In this document: piece by piece, positions 24,351-38,379 of the stretch
Layout: the number at the start of each line of letters is the position of its first letter
Position numbering within the stretch: position 1 is the stretch's first letter
DNA from: Camelus dromedarius
Taxonomy: Eukaryota
Direction of reading: 5' to 3'
Length of the DNA: 64,000 nucleotides
NCBI RefSeq assembly: GCF_036321535.1
Contig: NC_087472.1
Coordinates: 92,816,001-92,880,000, forward strand
The notes under the pieces: model-generated
What the model was told of the DNA's origin: nothing
What the model saw: only the letters and a program-made list of their open reading frames with translations
Database searches by the model: none
Position numbers and translations under genes: made by a program

Positions 24351-26433
24351 AAATTTGTTAAAATACTACTTAAGTTGCAATTTACAGTTCTATTTCTTTT
24401 AGTGAGCTTTATAATATACTTCACCTTCAAGTTTTAAGCCCATCACAATGCCCTCACATAGAAGACACTTCAAAAATACCAGTTGAATGAATGAATGCCA
24501 TCCCCAAAGGAAGGTGTATGTTTGAACTTCAAGCATCAGAGTTTCTATCTGAAACAAATGAAGTGCATTAACACTTTTGGTTCGTGACATTAATAATCAA
24601 GTAATGAGTATTATTAAATAGAACTAAATTATTATCCTTGATTCTCCCTTTTCTTCAATAATTTCTTGAGCATAATATCAGTATGTGCATAACGTTAAAA
24701 ATTTGGAGTCATCTCAGACCCCCTTTTACACATGAGAAAAGTAAAATGCATGATCACACATACCATGGTCCTATCCTCACACATACCATGATCCAGAATT
24801 ATCACTAAAATTGTTTAATTCAAATGCACTGTATAAAATTCATAATTTTCCCAGTGTTTCTAATAGTGAATCAAAATACTTATCTGAAACTATTAGCCAT
24901 GCTTTCTTCACAAATTATTTAAAAATGAGTGAACCGTAATAATCATGAGCATTAAGTATTGCTTCCTTGATAAAAATAACTTTAAAAAATAAGCATAACA
25001 ATAAAAAATAAGCAATAACAAAAATTACTACCTGACACAGGAAGACTCTCTTTTTTCCTTCCACTTTATTACACAATCCTTTCCTGAATTTAACAAAAAA
25101 AAAATGAATAAATGGTCGCAATTTTTAATGCTCTTAAAACTGTCACAAAGGAGATTGTCATATTATTCCCTCAAGAGGCCCATACCAACATACAGATTAT
25201 ATCATAACACAATCATAGTTTACTTTTGCTCATGATTTATTCTTAGAATAATCCACTATTCCATCTTGCTAATTATCCTCATGTTAGCATTTTCACTAAG
25301 GGACTGGGAATTTTCTGATCTTATGAGTGAGATAGTAGTAAAAATCAGGGTCTTGTAAGATTTTTCAAACTTTTATAATGTGTGTGAAAATTATTCTTAA
25401 CAGGAAAGATGTGCAAGTGAATCCATCTTGGTATGGACACTCCCAATACTTCTAGACGTCCTATGACGTCTCAGCTTCCTGCAGTATAGTTCTTTGTGAA
25501 TGTTTATGTATCTGATTGTGCTATTAAAACCAAATCTTATCTTGGATCTAAGCAAATGTTTCTCTTCTAAAAACACACAGAGATGGAGCTAGACGCCAAA
25601 TCATGTTCCATTTACAACAAACTAGAAATATGTGTTGTGTGCCTTTGTATAGAATAATCAATGTACCTTGTCATACATACTTATTTTAACTTTTTTCATA
25701 GAAGCATGGACAGGTCTCCAAAAATCAGTCCTTGTATATGTTTATATAGGTTAAGTAATCTCTCAAAACAGAAAATTAAAAGGTAATATTTGCACTAACA
25801 AGCAGAAGGTCATTTAGTGTGCTTAAAATGCCATAAACTAGAGAAAGACTAGAAGGGGAAAAAATATGTGACTGAAAAGATATTACTAAATTCTGATGTT
25901 GCTCCAAAATCAGCAAATATGTATAACTGTAACTATTATCACAGCAGCCTTGTTTTCCTGTGTCTTTAATTTCACAAATGGCACTTAGTGCTGACAGACT
26001 GACACTCCCTGTCAACTACATAATAGAAATCATCAGGAGCATATGTGAGCAAGTTAGTTATTTCTTGGAGACAGCCATCAGCAGCTGGGTAGGTTGGACG
26101 TGGAAATTCAACTGGGTTTCTCTCAACTCTTCATAAATATGCATTTTACAATTACATGGCAGGGTAGTTTTAAAAAAATAAAGGAAAATAAGAGAGAATG
26201 ATTTCAGGTGGAGGGATTTTTTTTTTTATTACAAATGAATGTATTTAAAGAGTTTGGGGGCAAAAAAATCACAAATTACTGGGCAATTATTTGAGAGTTA
26301 TTATTTGCATTTTTCTTCAAGAATTTCTTTTTCAACTCTATTTTTCAGGTAGTATGTGTTCACTCAATAGGAAAAAATCCTATGATCAAAGCTAAGGAAT
26401 AAAATTGAAACAAAAAAATTACCTCTGAAGACA

Positions 26434-26515
26434 GATATATATATATTTAATTTATATATAATTATACATATAATATTTATATTTAATTTATATATAATTA
26501 TATATTTTATATTTC
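26434..26515. repeat. AT-rich/(TA)n low-complexity tract
   Basis: Seen directly. Confidence 0.85.
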
Positions 26516-27049
26516 TATTCTCTGTTGATTTTCAGGAGCAAAGTAGGCTAAAAATTCCTCCCTCCCTCTCACACGTACGCTGGAATGTTGCTATTAGAGA
26601 AGCAGATTCTCGCAAGCTGTCCTGACCTTTAATCTGCTCCACTTGGCAGCAATGAGATGTAACACCTTTCTACTGTTCAAAGAGAAAAAAGCTGGCAAAA
26701 TTGAATTGTGTCTTGTTTTTGTTTCCTCAAGAAGCTAATAATCAATACAAACTTTATTGGAGATCATCTGAGTTTGTTTCTACTTAATGAACAGTATAAA
26801 TGGGCAACATTTATGAAGAAATTTAGATTTTTAGGACAGTTTGCAACATTTATATAAAAGAATATCTAAAGTTTACATGAAATAAAAAAATCTACTTTTA
26901 GCCATACCACTATTTTTATTTTCAGCTATTACTTCAAGTGTATGGTCCTTAGCTCCCCAACTAGAGGATATACTTGAACCCAAAGCCCAATCTAATATTC
27001 TGCATATTATTGTCAAATCTTATGTATAATTTATACCTAATAATAATGA

Positions 27050-27290
27050 TGATGATAATATAAATAAAATACTTATTTTCTGTTGAAGCTTTTCCATGAG
27101 GCAGGTCCAGCACTGAGCTTTTTCTAAGAACACTGTGTATTATATATTAGTATCTTTATGTGATAGATGAGAAAACCAGAGCGAAAGAGAATAATCAGTT
27201 GTGAGGTCCACAGTGAATGGGTATACCTTTGTTAAATCCAGTTCAGAGTCTCTGTTCAAAGCTGTTATAACAACATTTCCTAAATTCCTG
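27050..27290 (-). mobile_element. MIR SINE
   Basis: tagatgagaaaaccagagcgaaagaga core. Confidence 0.65.
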
Positions 27291-28619
27291 TGATCATATA
27301 GCTCCTTTCATGAAAAAATATGTGAAAGTATGCATGATCTCCCCTCCAAGCAAAAAAAAATTTAAAAGGAATGAAATGTTGGTTGATTATTGTGAAACAT
27401 ACACAAGTGTTTGAAGACTTTTATTTGTTTGCAAACAATAGTGGGAAAGGATTCTCATCCTTGGTTCTGAAATTTAGCACCTAAAACATCTCTAAAAGTA
27501 CAACTGGCCTGACCAAATTAGACTCAGATAAATTATTTTATATATCTTTATCTATCTGTATGTGTATATTTCTTTTTCTTTGCTTGCAAAGAGCTGCTGT
27601 TTCTTTCATTTAAACCACAAACTGCTCCAAGTCAACCAGCCAACCAGAGAAGATTCTGTTTCACGTTTAGCTTGATAAAATGAGATGCTACATTCATAAT
27701 ACTTACAAAATTCCAATAAATTATGATTTACAAACATACAATTTGCCTAAGTTGAAGGAAATTTTGTCTCTTAAATTTATTTTACAACTTGCTATGATTT
27801 TCCCATGGCAAGAGATTTTCCCAGTGAACTATATATAAAAGCTTTTGCCTACAAAGAAATTTCATAGGTGGAATGGCCATCTCCTGTTTGTGATACTCTT
27901 TTAACTCATGCACTGAAAAAGCTCCAACGTTCACATAAATTCCCTCTTGTATTTTACAGCAAAATCATTTTTTAAAAGATAATGAAATAAGCCCTATAAG
28001 AAATGATCAATACCTAATTTATTTTAACTTTATGCATACAGTGAATTAGACATATTTAATTACTTTATTTCATTTATAAATTTTTATGAAGGATGAATAT
28101 GTGAAAACATTATAAGATGTAACAAACCAGCAATCATCAAATAGAAGGTCATTTATAATTGTTGCAGAAAGAAAGTCACGCCTTAATGCTCTGCACTGAT
28201 GTGTCTCAAGAACCAAAAACAGTATCAGGCATAAAATAAATAAAAAGTATTTACTGAGCAAATTAGAGCCATGAATGATTTCTCTTTCTCCTTCTTGGCA
28301 TTCTTGATTTGGCATTCTATTTCTAAAGAAAAAGTATTGCATAATAGTAAGGACAATTTAAATTTACTTAGTGATTTTCCCACACACAGTTTTTAATATA
28401 TTTCGAAAGAAATAATGTCCTTAACAATGACGTATTTATCGTATGAGTTTAGGAACACTGTCAGAGAACATGAACATTTCAGGAAGTTAATTTTAGGAAA
28501 TGCTTCATTCCATTATTTTGTCTCTAGATATAATGAAACACCTCAAAAATTCTTGAAAGTATTTTGAAGATCACTGAGTCTCCAAATACTGTCAAAGAGG
28601 GGGAGCAGGAAATACTTAC

Positions 28620-28845
28620 ATTTCCAGCTGCTTCCTTACCAACCCTGAAAAAAAAACCCCACTCATCACATCTACCTCTTCAATTCTCAATCCTGAAGCT
28701 CTGGGATCAAGACTTTGTAAAGCTCCATGAATGGTTTTCATGAGATGAATGCTTATTCGAAGCTTGCAGGTGGCAGGTATGTGGGAATAACCATAGGCAG
28801 GACCATGAACAATATAAGACACATTTGCAAAATACCCTCTTCTTT
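28620..28845 (-). other. Candidate 226-nt exon of an unidentified minus-strand transcript
   Basis: Acceptor tttgctattttcag| and donor AAT|gtaagt. One frame is fully open (RRGYFANVSYIVHGPAYG...GLVRKQLE). An internal acceptor ttttttttcag| would give a 25-nt exon at 28620-28644. No recognised homology. Confidence 0.3.
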
Positions 28846-29203
28846 CTGAAAATAGCAAAGTCTCAGACATCCATACTGCTCATCATTTCTCACAACTTTC
28901 TGTACCAGTGTGCAAAACGTATTGCTGAGTTTCAGTAGGTTTGACAATGAATACATTAATCCTAATTTTTCTACTTGCAACACTGCTCATGGGGTTGCGG
29001 GGAGGCCTTTCCTTATGTCAGGTTATTTCTCTGAGTAAACAGAAACTCCTACCAAAAGTCACTATATAGATATGTGCATAGTTTAGTGTGTACATGGATT
29101 AGTGTCTTGGTCTTACTATCTGATTTTTAAAAGGAAATTATTATATACAATTATAAAGAGATGAGGCACTGAAATTTCACTCAGATTAAGAGGTATAATT
29201 TCC

Positions 29204-30222
29204 AAAACAAACAACCCAATCCAAAAATGGGCAGAAGACCTAAACAAGCAACTCTCCAATGAAGACATACAAATGGCCAATAGGCACATGAAAAAATGCT
29301 CAATATCACTAATTATCAGAGAAATGCAAATCAGAATTACAATGAGGTATCATCTCACACCAGTCAGAATAGCCATCATTCAAAGGTCCACAAACGATAA
29401 ATGCTGGAGAGGGTGTAGAGAAAAGGGAACCCTCTTACACTGTTGGTGGGAATGCAGTTTGGTGCAGCCATTATGGAAAACAGTGGAGATTCCTCAAAAA
29501 ACTAAAAATAGACTTACCATATCTCCCAGTAATTCCACTCCTGGGCATATATCTGGAGGGAACTCAAACACGAAAAGATATACACACCCCACTGTTCACA
29601 GAAACACTATATACAATAGCCAAGACATGGAAGCAACCTAAATGTCCATTGACAGATGACTGGATAAAGAAGTTGTGGTTATATTTATACAATGGAATAC
29701 TACTCAGCCATAAAAAAGAATAAAATAATGCCATTTGCAGCAACATGGATGGACCTAGAAATCATCATTCTAAGTGAAGTAAGCCAGAAAGAGAAAGAAA
29801 AATACCATTTGATATCACTCATATGTGGAATCTCAAAAAAAGAAAGAAAGAAAACGACACCATGAACTCATCTACAAAACAGAAACAGACTTGCAGACAT
29901 AGTAAGCAATCTTATGGCTACCGGGGAAAGGGAGTGGGAAAGGATAAATTTGGGAGCTTGAGATTTGCAAATGTTAGCCACTATATACAAAAATAGATTT
30001 AAAAAATGTTTCTTCTGTATAGTGCAGGGAACTATATTCAATATCTTATAATAAACCTTTAATAAAAAAGAATATGAAAATGAATATATGTATGTATATG
30101 CATGGCTGGGACATTGTGCTGTACACCAGAAATTGACACATTATAACTGACTGTACTTCAATAAAAATAAAACAATGTAAAGTGTGGGAAAATAAAATGT
30201 TGCCTGACAAACAAACAAAAAA
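29204..30222 (+). mobile_element. Young 5'-truncated L1 (ORF2 C-terminus + 3' UTR) with 16-bp TSD
   Basis: ORF 29273-29641 is the L1 ORF2p C-terminal region ([50 protein letters not shown]), followed by a frameshift. TSD aagaggtataatttcc (29188-29203) / aagagatataatttcc (30223-30238). Confidence 0.95.
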
Positions 30223-31879
30223 AAGAGATATAATTTCCTTTCTTCCTTCCCTCCTCCCTTTTTATAAACTTTGTAAATCTGTGCTGCCCAGGTCTCCGCA
30301 TGTGCTGCAGACACAAAGACATGTGAGACTAGTTCTGTTCCTGAGTTTCACAATTAAATAATCAAATATGGAAGAAAGATAAAAGTAGCTAAAATGTTAG
30401 GAAGAAGAAAATGGTCCAGGAAAGGCCTGGACTCTAAAGAAAGGCAGATAATGATGCAGAGTGTAAGCTGGGGAAAGGAGACAGGTTTTTAAATAGGTAA
30501 GTAGGGATAGAAAGTTAAGACTTTTCAAGCAAAACAAGAATAAGAAAGAATATAAAAATCACTGGGAGACTTCAGTAAATCTTCAGTGAAGCATTTGTAA
30601 GATAATCATAAAAATATAACACTAAAGCAATAAAGTTATGTATAAATGATAACATTGACCTACTTAAAATGTGTGATAAAACTGTTCAGAAAGCTGTGAA
30701 AGCTCATTGAAATTCACCTTTACAAGATATGTCTATTAAAATGATATTGGCATTTCCTGCTGTGTATGTTATTCAGCTTCTTGGAAGTTGAAACTTTACA
30801 TCTCAATCAAGGTTCACCTTCAAATCAGTAGAAATTTCTAGGGAACAGTCAGGACTTGGGGGGAGGGGGGCTTTTAAGCCATTATCTGATGCAACTGACT
30901 GCCTGCCTTCCACTCTTCTATGTGGATTGTCCTCCAACTCTGATGTGCTTATTAACCAAATATTATGTATTAATTTGGGAGCAGAATGCCTTTGGCTCAT
31001 TACTATCTTCAGTCATGCTCATGAAAAAGGGAATTTATTAGAAAATAAAAAATCTGAGACAAGATAAGGAAATCCTAGACCCAATCTTTGTTGCTCGAAG
31101 TTGCCATGATTCACAACCCAACATGTATAACATTTCAGGGCTTTAGATTCTTTCTTCCACACAAAAAAATATTAGACACAATATTAAACTGCCTTTTCAA
31201 ATACATATGGAGCATGCATCAAAATTATTTCTGAAGCTAAGGCCCTTTATAAGGTAAAATCTCTAGATTCTTATTTAATTAAAAGGCAAGTAACACTAGA
31301 TACATATTCAATAGAAAACTATTTTTAAATGCATTATAGAATAAGCAATTTTTAATCTCTTTGGATAACAGCCAAAATAGAGAATTCCACTGTTAAATAT
31401 TCTTTTTAATGATAAGCATGAAATTATAAAAAGGGAAGAAATTACTCAATATGGATATTCTTATGTTGTGTCACTGGAAATTATATAAAATATTAAAACA
31501 TGGCGAAAATTCTAAAACTTATAAATATGCCTTTTAAAAAATAGCCTCAAACAATACACAAAGTTAACTCTATTATAATACTATGAATAGGATTCTGGCA
31601 ATTATAATTCAGTTTGGGTTCTTATTATTATTCCTATTAAGTAACTTTAGACACATACTGGTGCCAAGGGTGAGAATTAGTTCAGATAGCAGAGAATCTT
31701 TGCTGCACAATGTTCTTAGAGGAATAGACAAGGAGCATGGTTCCACTGGGTAAATCAAATTACTTCTCTTACCAAAAACATCCAATGGTTCCCCATCTTC
31801 TATGTAACATAAAATAGCACATTTCATTATGCTGTCTTTCAAGAATCACCATGATTATTGCACCATTAATTTTTTGTTT

Positions 31880-32492
31880 GTTTTTGCAAAACAAAGCTTA
31901 TTTCTTGCTCCCATTACATGCCCATCACAGGTTGGCATGGAGCTCAGCTCTTCATAGTCACTCAGGGCCTTGGGTGGAGTGAAAGAAAAAAACTGACAAC
32001 CCAGAATCCCATATACAGAGAAAATATCCTTTAGCAACTTCTATAATCACTAGGGCAGAGAAATGGGATGGGTGGCTTTCTCCAAATTATTCCCAGTCTT
32101 CCCAGTGAGAGCCAAGTGGGGTTCCTGGAAGAAAGGCCTGGAAAAGCATGAGGCTCCCCTCAACCATGACTGTGGCCCCAAGAAGCAGCACTCACTCATC
32201 CTAGCCCACACTCAGTCTACAGCAATTCATCAGAATTTCTAATTTAATGTTCCTTACAGGCATATATGGTCTCTGGAGGATTCTGCCTCAGGTAAGCAAA
32301 TGATTCAGTCTGTGTCCTCCTGCAGGCACCTGCCTCTCCAGGTTTGGGTCTAGAAGTTGGCTCTGAGAACTCAGTTCTTTGATGGGTCCAAGAAAGTCAT
32401 TGATAACTTAGCTTTACAAGCTTTCTCTTGTTTGAAGGGCAGGACTGATGACTCCTAAGCTTCCTTAGATGTCCAAACTAAAACCGGAAATC
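31880..32492 (-). mobile_element. MaLR fragment (~31880-31970) plus antisense ancient L1 (L1MC/MD-like) 5' end (~32060-32492)
   Basis: ttatttcttgctcccattacatg (MLT1-like); ...tgatgggtccaagaaagtcattga...aaaccggaaatcc is the reverse of an L1M 5' terminus. Confidence 0.6.
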
Positions 32493-32659
32493 CTCTTGGC
32501 CTGCTAGTGTATTTTTAAATCACAAAACTATACTTCTGTCATAAAAATAGTTAGATATTCAAAGTCCTCCTTCTTTGCCAGGCCCTTAAAGTCCCCCTAG
32601 CTAGAGGTAAAGATGATTATCAATATGGTGTAAATCCTTTCAGACCAGTCTGGGACCTC

Positions 32660-34140
32660 ATACTATTGGAGATTTCCAAGGCTCAGTCTTCAGACCTCTT
32701 TCTTGTCAATCAACCCTCACTCCCTTGATGATCTCATCCAGTCCCACAGCTTTAATATATTTATTTATGCTGACAACTCTCAAATTTATACCTTCAGTCT
32801 AGACTTTATTACCAAATTCAGACTCATATATCCTACTGCCAACTCGAATCTTTAGTTTGAAATAAAATAGAAATCAAAGACTAAGTTTTCCCATCCAAAT
32901 CTTCCCCACCTGCAGAATCACCATTTCAGTTGAAACTCCATCTTCCACCTACTCAGGCTAAATGCGTTGAAATTATACATGACACTTCCCTTTCCTGTAC
33001 ACTCTACATTCAATCTGTCAGGAAATTATGCTGATGACTCTACCTTCAAAAGAGATCTAGAATCTGACCACTTCTTTCAATTTCCACTGCTAATACCCAA
33101 ATCTGAGTTACCATCATTTCTTGCCTGGACTGGCATAACAGCCTCTTAAAAGGTCTCTTTGCTTCTATCCATGTTTCCCCACTCCTTCTCCAACTTGGAT
33201 GTTTCTCAACACACCAATCAAACTGATTCATTTAAAATATAAGCTAGATCAAGTTACTCTTCTGCTCAAACTTCTGCAGTGACTATTTCACTCCATGTAA
33301 AAGCTAAATCCTAACTGTAACTTGCAAGGCCCTATCCAATATGGTGGCCACCAACCACCTGTAGCTACTGAGACTTAAAATGTGGCCAGTCCTAATTGAG
33401 ATGCACTAGAAGTGTGAAATATGCACCATAGTGCAGTCTTAGTACACGAAATTTAAAATATCCCATTAATATTTTATATTGAGTACATGTTAAAATGATA
33501 GTATTTTAGATCTATCACCTTAAATAAATACACTATTAATATTAACTGCGCATTCCTTTTTCTGCTTTTTCAAAGTGGCTACCAAAAATTTACAATTTAC
33601 ATATATGATTTGCATTATATTTGTTTTGGATAGTCCTGTTCAATATAACCAGAACCCCAGTTAACTACCCAGCCCCCTCTCATATAATGTACTCTTCCCC
33701 TCACTTCCTCTACACCAGCTTTCTTGTTGTTCTTTGAAAACCGGGCATGTTCCCACTTTAAAGCCTATGTTTTAGATGCTGTTCCCTCTACCCAGAGTAT
33801 ACTTTCTTTTTGGTGTTTTCAGCTTTTCAGATCTTTGCTCATTTCTCACCTTCTACATGAAACTTACTGTGACTATCCCATTTAAGACTGTCTCTACCTC
33901 CCCTATCTGCGCACCCCAATCTCATTTATCTATTCTTTCTTTTTTGCATGTACTTATCACCTAACATATTACATTATTTACTTATTTATGATGCTTATTT
34001 TTAGTGTCTGTCTCCCCTCCAAAATGCAAGCTTCACAAGGGCAGGGATCTTTGTCTGCTTGGCTCACTACCGTATTCCATGTACCTGAACAGTGGCCAGC
34101 CCACAGTTAGGGTTTCATAAGTGTTACTTGACTTGATTAC
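32660..34140 (+). mobile_element. L2 LINE, ~1.5 kb span, interrupted by MER33
   Basis: gatctcatccagtcccacagcttt...tgctgacaactctcaaattta...3' end aagcttcacaagggcagggatctttgtctg. Confidence 0.9.
33326..33639. mobile_element. MER33-like hAT-Charlie DNA transposon
   Basis: tatccaatatggtggccaccaaccacctgtagctactgagacttaaaatgtggc ... tatatttgttttggatag. Confidence 0.8.
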
Positions 34141-36774
34141 ACCTAATTTTATAATACAATCATATTATACATATTAGTCACTAAATCACTTATTTTTTCA
34201 ATGCACAGCAAATCACAACCATCTCTCAGCGTCAATCAAAACAGATGAGACTGTCTTTTAAACTACTCCATGGTATGACAGATTACAATTTAACAATTCT
34301 CTTTTTGAACGTCATTTATGTCATTGTCATTTTTTCATTTTTACAAATAATATAGTCTAAGTAATTCTGTGGAACGCATTCCTGTATGTGGAAAGGCTGA
34401 GTCAAAACCATGTACATTTTAAATCTTAAGGTGCTGCAAAATAGCTTGCTTAGAAACCTGTACCCATCTCTGCTCCTACGTATCGTCAACTAATCTCCTA
34501 CTCAAAATCACCTAGATTAGAATTGCTACTCATTCTTCCACCCACATATACACCTAATATGCCATTTTAATTTCCTTCAAGCTGCTGCTTAAAGCATTAC
34601 CACTTTTCACCATCTCCCCACAACCCCACCCCCGGATCCACACACTATCAAGACCCCACCCAGTTCCCTCTTCATTCATCTCTATCACATCCCTCATTCA
34701 AGGTTAGGAAAATTCCTTCCTGTTTTGAGAAAACTGGTAATTCTTTTCTTCATCAATACAGACTAATGTTATAGGCACACAAACTCCAGAGTCAGATTAC
34801 CTGGGCTCAAATTCCTGCTCTATGGTTAAACTTAGTGACCTTGTGCTTGTTAATCTCTCTATACCCCATTTTCCTCATTAAGAAAAAAAATATGCAACAA
34901 TATATTCCACTGAATCTGTGATTATTTACTTAATTACCACATATGAAGTATTTGGGGTTGTCTGTTTTCTATATGTGTATCCTAAATGCACTCATTTTGA
35001 TTACAACACACTTGACACCTATTATCAATTTCATTCACAGATTTTTTTTTTAAACTGCTCAGATAACTGCAAATTCCTCAAGGATAGGCATTATGCCTTA
35101 TAATTAAATGCCTGACAGCACCTAACACTGTTCATTGTACAGAGAAGGCAATTAAAGCATATCTGTTGATCGACTGACTGTTTTACCTAGTCTTTTTGAG
35201 TCTTGCCATAAGGACATGTTTAGGAAATTACCTTAAGGATATTTTTAGGTGGGAAGAACTGACATCTTTTCCCACCCCGTCAAGTCCCTGAATAACCAAC
35301 AAGGCCTTTTCCTATGGAAATCTAGAAATTCTGAGGGTTTACCAGCAAAAAAGCAACACAATGGAAAATGCTTCTTTGCTGGGATACCTCTCCCATTCTC
35401 TCTGCACTGTAATTAGTCGAGCAGTCCTTTCTCAATGCCCACAACTCCATAGCAACTTGCCTTAGCTCCTCACTGTCGGGATGATCCCACTCCTATTGAA
35501 ACTGGTAGGGAGTCTGTGTGCTCCCTGGGTCAATGGGCTTTCTGACCAACACTAATTTTTTTTTTAAATTGCAGCTCCATTTCAGATATTCACTGAGATC
35601 TGGGGCTAACCCATGCTGCTTTGAAAAAAGACATTCTGACAACTGAACTAATGCATTTAGCCAAACACACCTCATTAAAGCCAATGAAAAATGTGCTACA
35701 AAAATCTCCATTCATGGTCCCACATTCTCCCCTCACTATGTGCATGTCATTCCTATCTATACTGAGTCAATGGAGAGGAGGAAAGACCTTTAAATATTTC
35801 TCTTTTAGTCATCAGCTCAGATTAGTTTTATAAAAAGCCTTCTCTATGACTTTGGACTAAATATGAAGCCATATACTGCAGTTAACATCATCTGGGTCAA
35901 GCTCATTCACAGTAATGTCACCATTTCTCCTTGGCAGCACCGCCACCAAAGTAGATTTTCAAGGGTTTCCCCCTTGAAATTGTAACAGTTTAAAGAAGAC
36001 TAGTCTGTGGTATAATCTATTCTATATACTCTGGGCAACCCTACATAAGTTTGAAGAGCTCCCTTTAATATGGTAAACATGTTTCTGGAGTATTAACTTA
36101 GGTAGCAATCATGTCTGGGACATGCTAGCTTACTAAGCAAACTATATAATGTGTCCTATTTGCACAGGTACTATCTGAGACACACAAAAACATCATGCAG
36201 GCCTGGAAATCACGATGCTTTTAATTTCACTGGGAAGAAAGGATACGCATGCTAGAAAAGATAATCCTATGGAAAACTGTCTCAACTAATTGCCAAAGAA
36301 GTCAAAAAAAAACACGTGCTGTGAGAGTCCAGAAGAAGGAGAGGCCAATTGGACTAAGTTGTTTGGGCAAAGCATCAGAAAGAAAGCGAAGGTCATCTTT
36401 CTGGGCTTTGAGAACTGGTGGGGGAAAAATTTAAGAAGACAAAGGACACAACCAGGTAGTAGCAGTGGCTCTATATAAAACAGATAGTGGGGGAAAAATA
36501 AAACAATGGCATTCATTTTTTGATTGGATGTGAAGACAAAGCCAAAAATTTTAGAAGTGGATAAGTAGGAAACTGATTGCCTAGTTGACCCAAATAAGGA
36601 AGAGGTGGGGGTGGGGGTGGGGAGGCACTCTGGAGGGTCAGAAAAGTTTGGTGTGAAACATGATGAACCATAAAAGGGAGTGACCTTTCCATTTTCCTGA
36701 TGTTCTGTTTTTCAATTTATTTGAAATTAAGAATACATTTTGGTACTAACAAAAGCCAATTTCTATTCTCCTTC

Positions 36775-36981
36775 TTTCCCAGAGCAACTCTGTACCCAAA
36801 GGGACAGTCAGGAATGCCTGGTGCTATCTTAGGTTGTCACAATTGGAGGAAGCAATGCTACCAGCATCAAGTGTACAGAGGCCAGAGATGCAGTTAACGT
36901 TCTACAATGCAAAGAACAATCCCGCACAACAAAGAATTATCTGGCCCAATGTGTCAACAGCGCCAAGGCTGAGAAATCCTG
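36775..36981. mobile_element. MER20 hAT-Charlie DNA transposon
   Basis: ggttgtcacaattggag...gaggccagagatgc...acaaagaattatctggccc...gccaaggctgagaaatcctg. Confidence 0.9.
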
Positions 36982-36984
36982 CAC

Positions 36985-38090
36985 TCATCCAGCTACCAGT
37001 GTCTCTTGCTTGTACCACTGCTAATGACTCCTCGTGGGATGCTCTCCTTGTACCACTCCAATCTGCTCTCCATTAAACACCCGAGTAATCTTTTTAAATG
37101 TAAATTTGACCATGTCTCTCCTTTACTTAAAAGTCTTTTCAATTTGTCCCTGCTCTTTGGATACAGACTCAGGTTTTCAATATGATCTAAAAGGCTAGGT
37201 ATAAACTGGACCCTACCTATATGTGTGGCTTCACCTGTTATCACTATTTTTCTTACTCCCTTTACCTTTTTTAGAAGTGCCAGGCTCTCTCCTACCCACA
37301 GGACCTTTACACTGCTACTTCCTTCAGCCTGGTATGCCTGCACCTAATGTCCTCCTACTAAATCTTTGAGTGACACTTCTTCAGAGTAGCCATCATGGAA
37401 CCCACTTGACTTCCTCTTACAAGTTTTTATACCAACCTTTAGTTTTTCCTCCATAGAATCTAACAAAACGTGTTAATACGTGTCTTAGTTTGAGTTTCTA
37501 TGAAATGCACACTGAGACAATTTGAGTGCAAGTACCTAAGTGGGAAGTGATCCCAGGATATATTGTTTGGGATTCCAAGGGAGCCAGGGAAGAAAAGAAA
37601 GTCCATCACATCAAATAAATTACCACCACGGGCAACAAAAGTCGAATTCCTCTGGGGAAATCTGAGTAAAAAGTAAAGATCACATCTCAAAACTATCCCA
37701 AATGAGGGACTAGGTAGCTGTGTATTCGTCCAACATTCCCCATTCATCATTGCTTGAGGGCTGCCCCCAGGGGTAGGAATGCTTCAGTATATAGGGCTTA
37801 CCCTGCACATGGGCCAAGTATGCTCTCATTTCCAGAAACAAAAACCCTCAGGTAGAGATATACAGGCATTCAAAGTAAACAGTCTTTGCTTCACCAAGTG
37901 CCAAGGGCATGTGGATGGGCATCAAGAGCATCTATCTGCCACAATGGATGTTAATATAACTATTTATCAATGTCCCTCTTCCCCACTGGATGTGACAAGA
38001 CATGTTGGTTTTGCTAACCAATGTATACATCAAGGCTAGCATAATGCCTTGAACAAAGGTAACATTTCAAAAATATCTTCAGATAAGTAA
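36985..38090 (+). mobile_element. L2 interrupted by an antisense ERVL LTR (LTR33-like, ~37480-37943)
   Basis: L2 (aaatttgaccatgtctctcctttacttaaaa) resumes after the LTR tgtcttagtttgagtttc...gagtgcaagt...tgatcccagga...tgccaca. Confidence 0.75.
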
Positions 38091-38379
38091 AATATTTTAC
38101 AAAAGAGAGTCTTTCATATTTACTTGTATAATCAATCCTGGTTCAGAGTTGGGCATTTGGCCCATAAATTTTATGCCACATTTGTAAATCTGGTACATGG
38201 TTTAAAATGCTTGGTATGCCACACGCTTTATGTTGGCTATTATCAAAATGACAGAAAATAAGTGTTGGCAAGGATGCAGAGGAATTGGAACACTTGTGCA
38301 TTCCCTGGTGATGACATAAAATGGTGAAGCCACTAGAGAAAATAGTATGGCACTTTACAGGTTCAAATACATGGAAAGT

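Noticed and set aside
29273..29641. 122-aa ORF as a host gene
   Set aside because: It is the frameshifted L1 ORF2p C-terminus.
36993..38039. ORFs of 86-116 aa
   Set aside because: Derived from L2 and LTR sequence.
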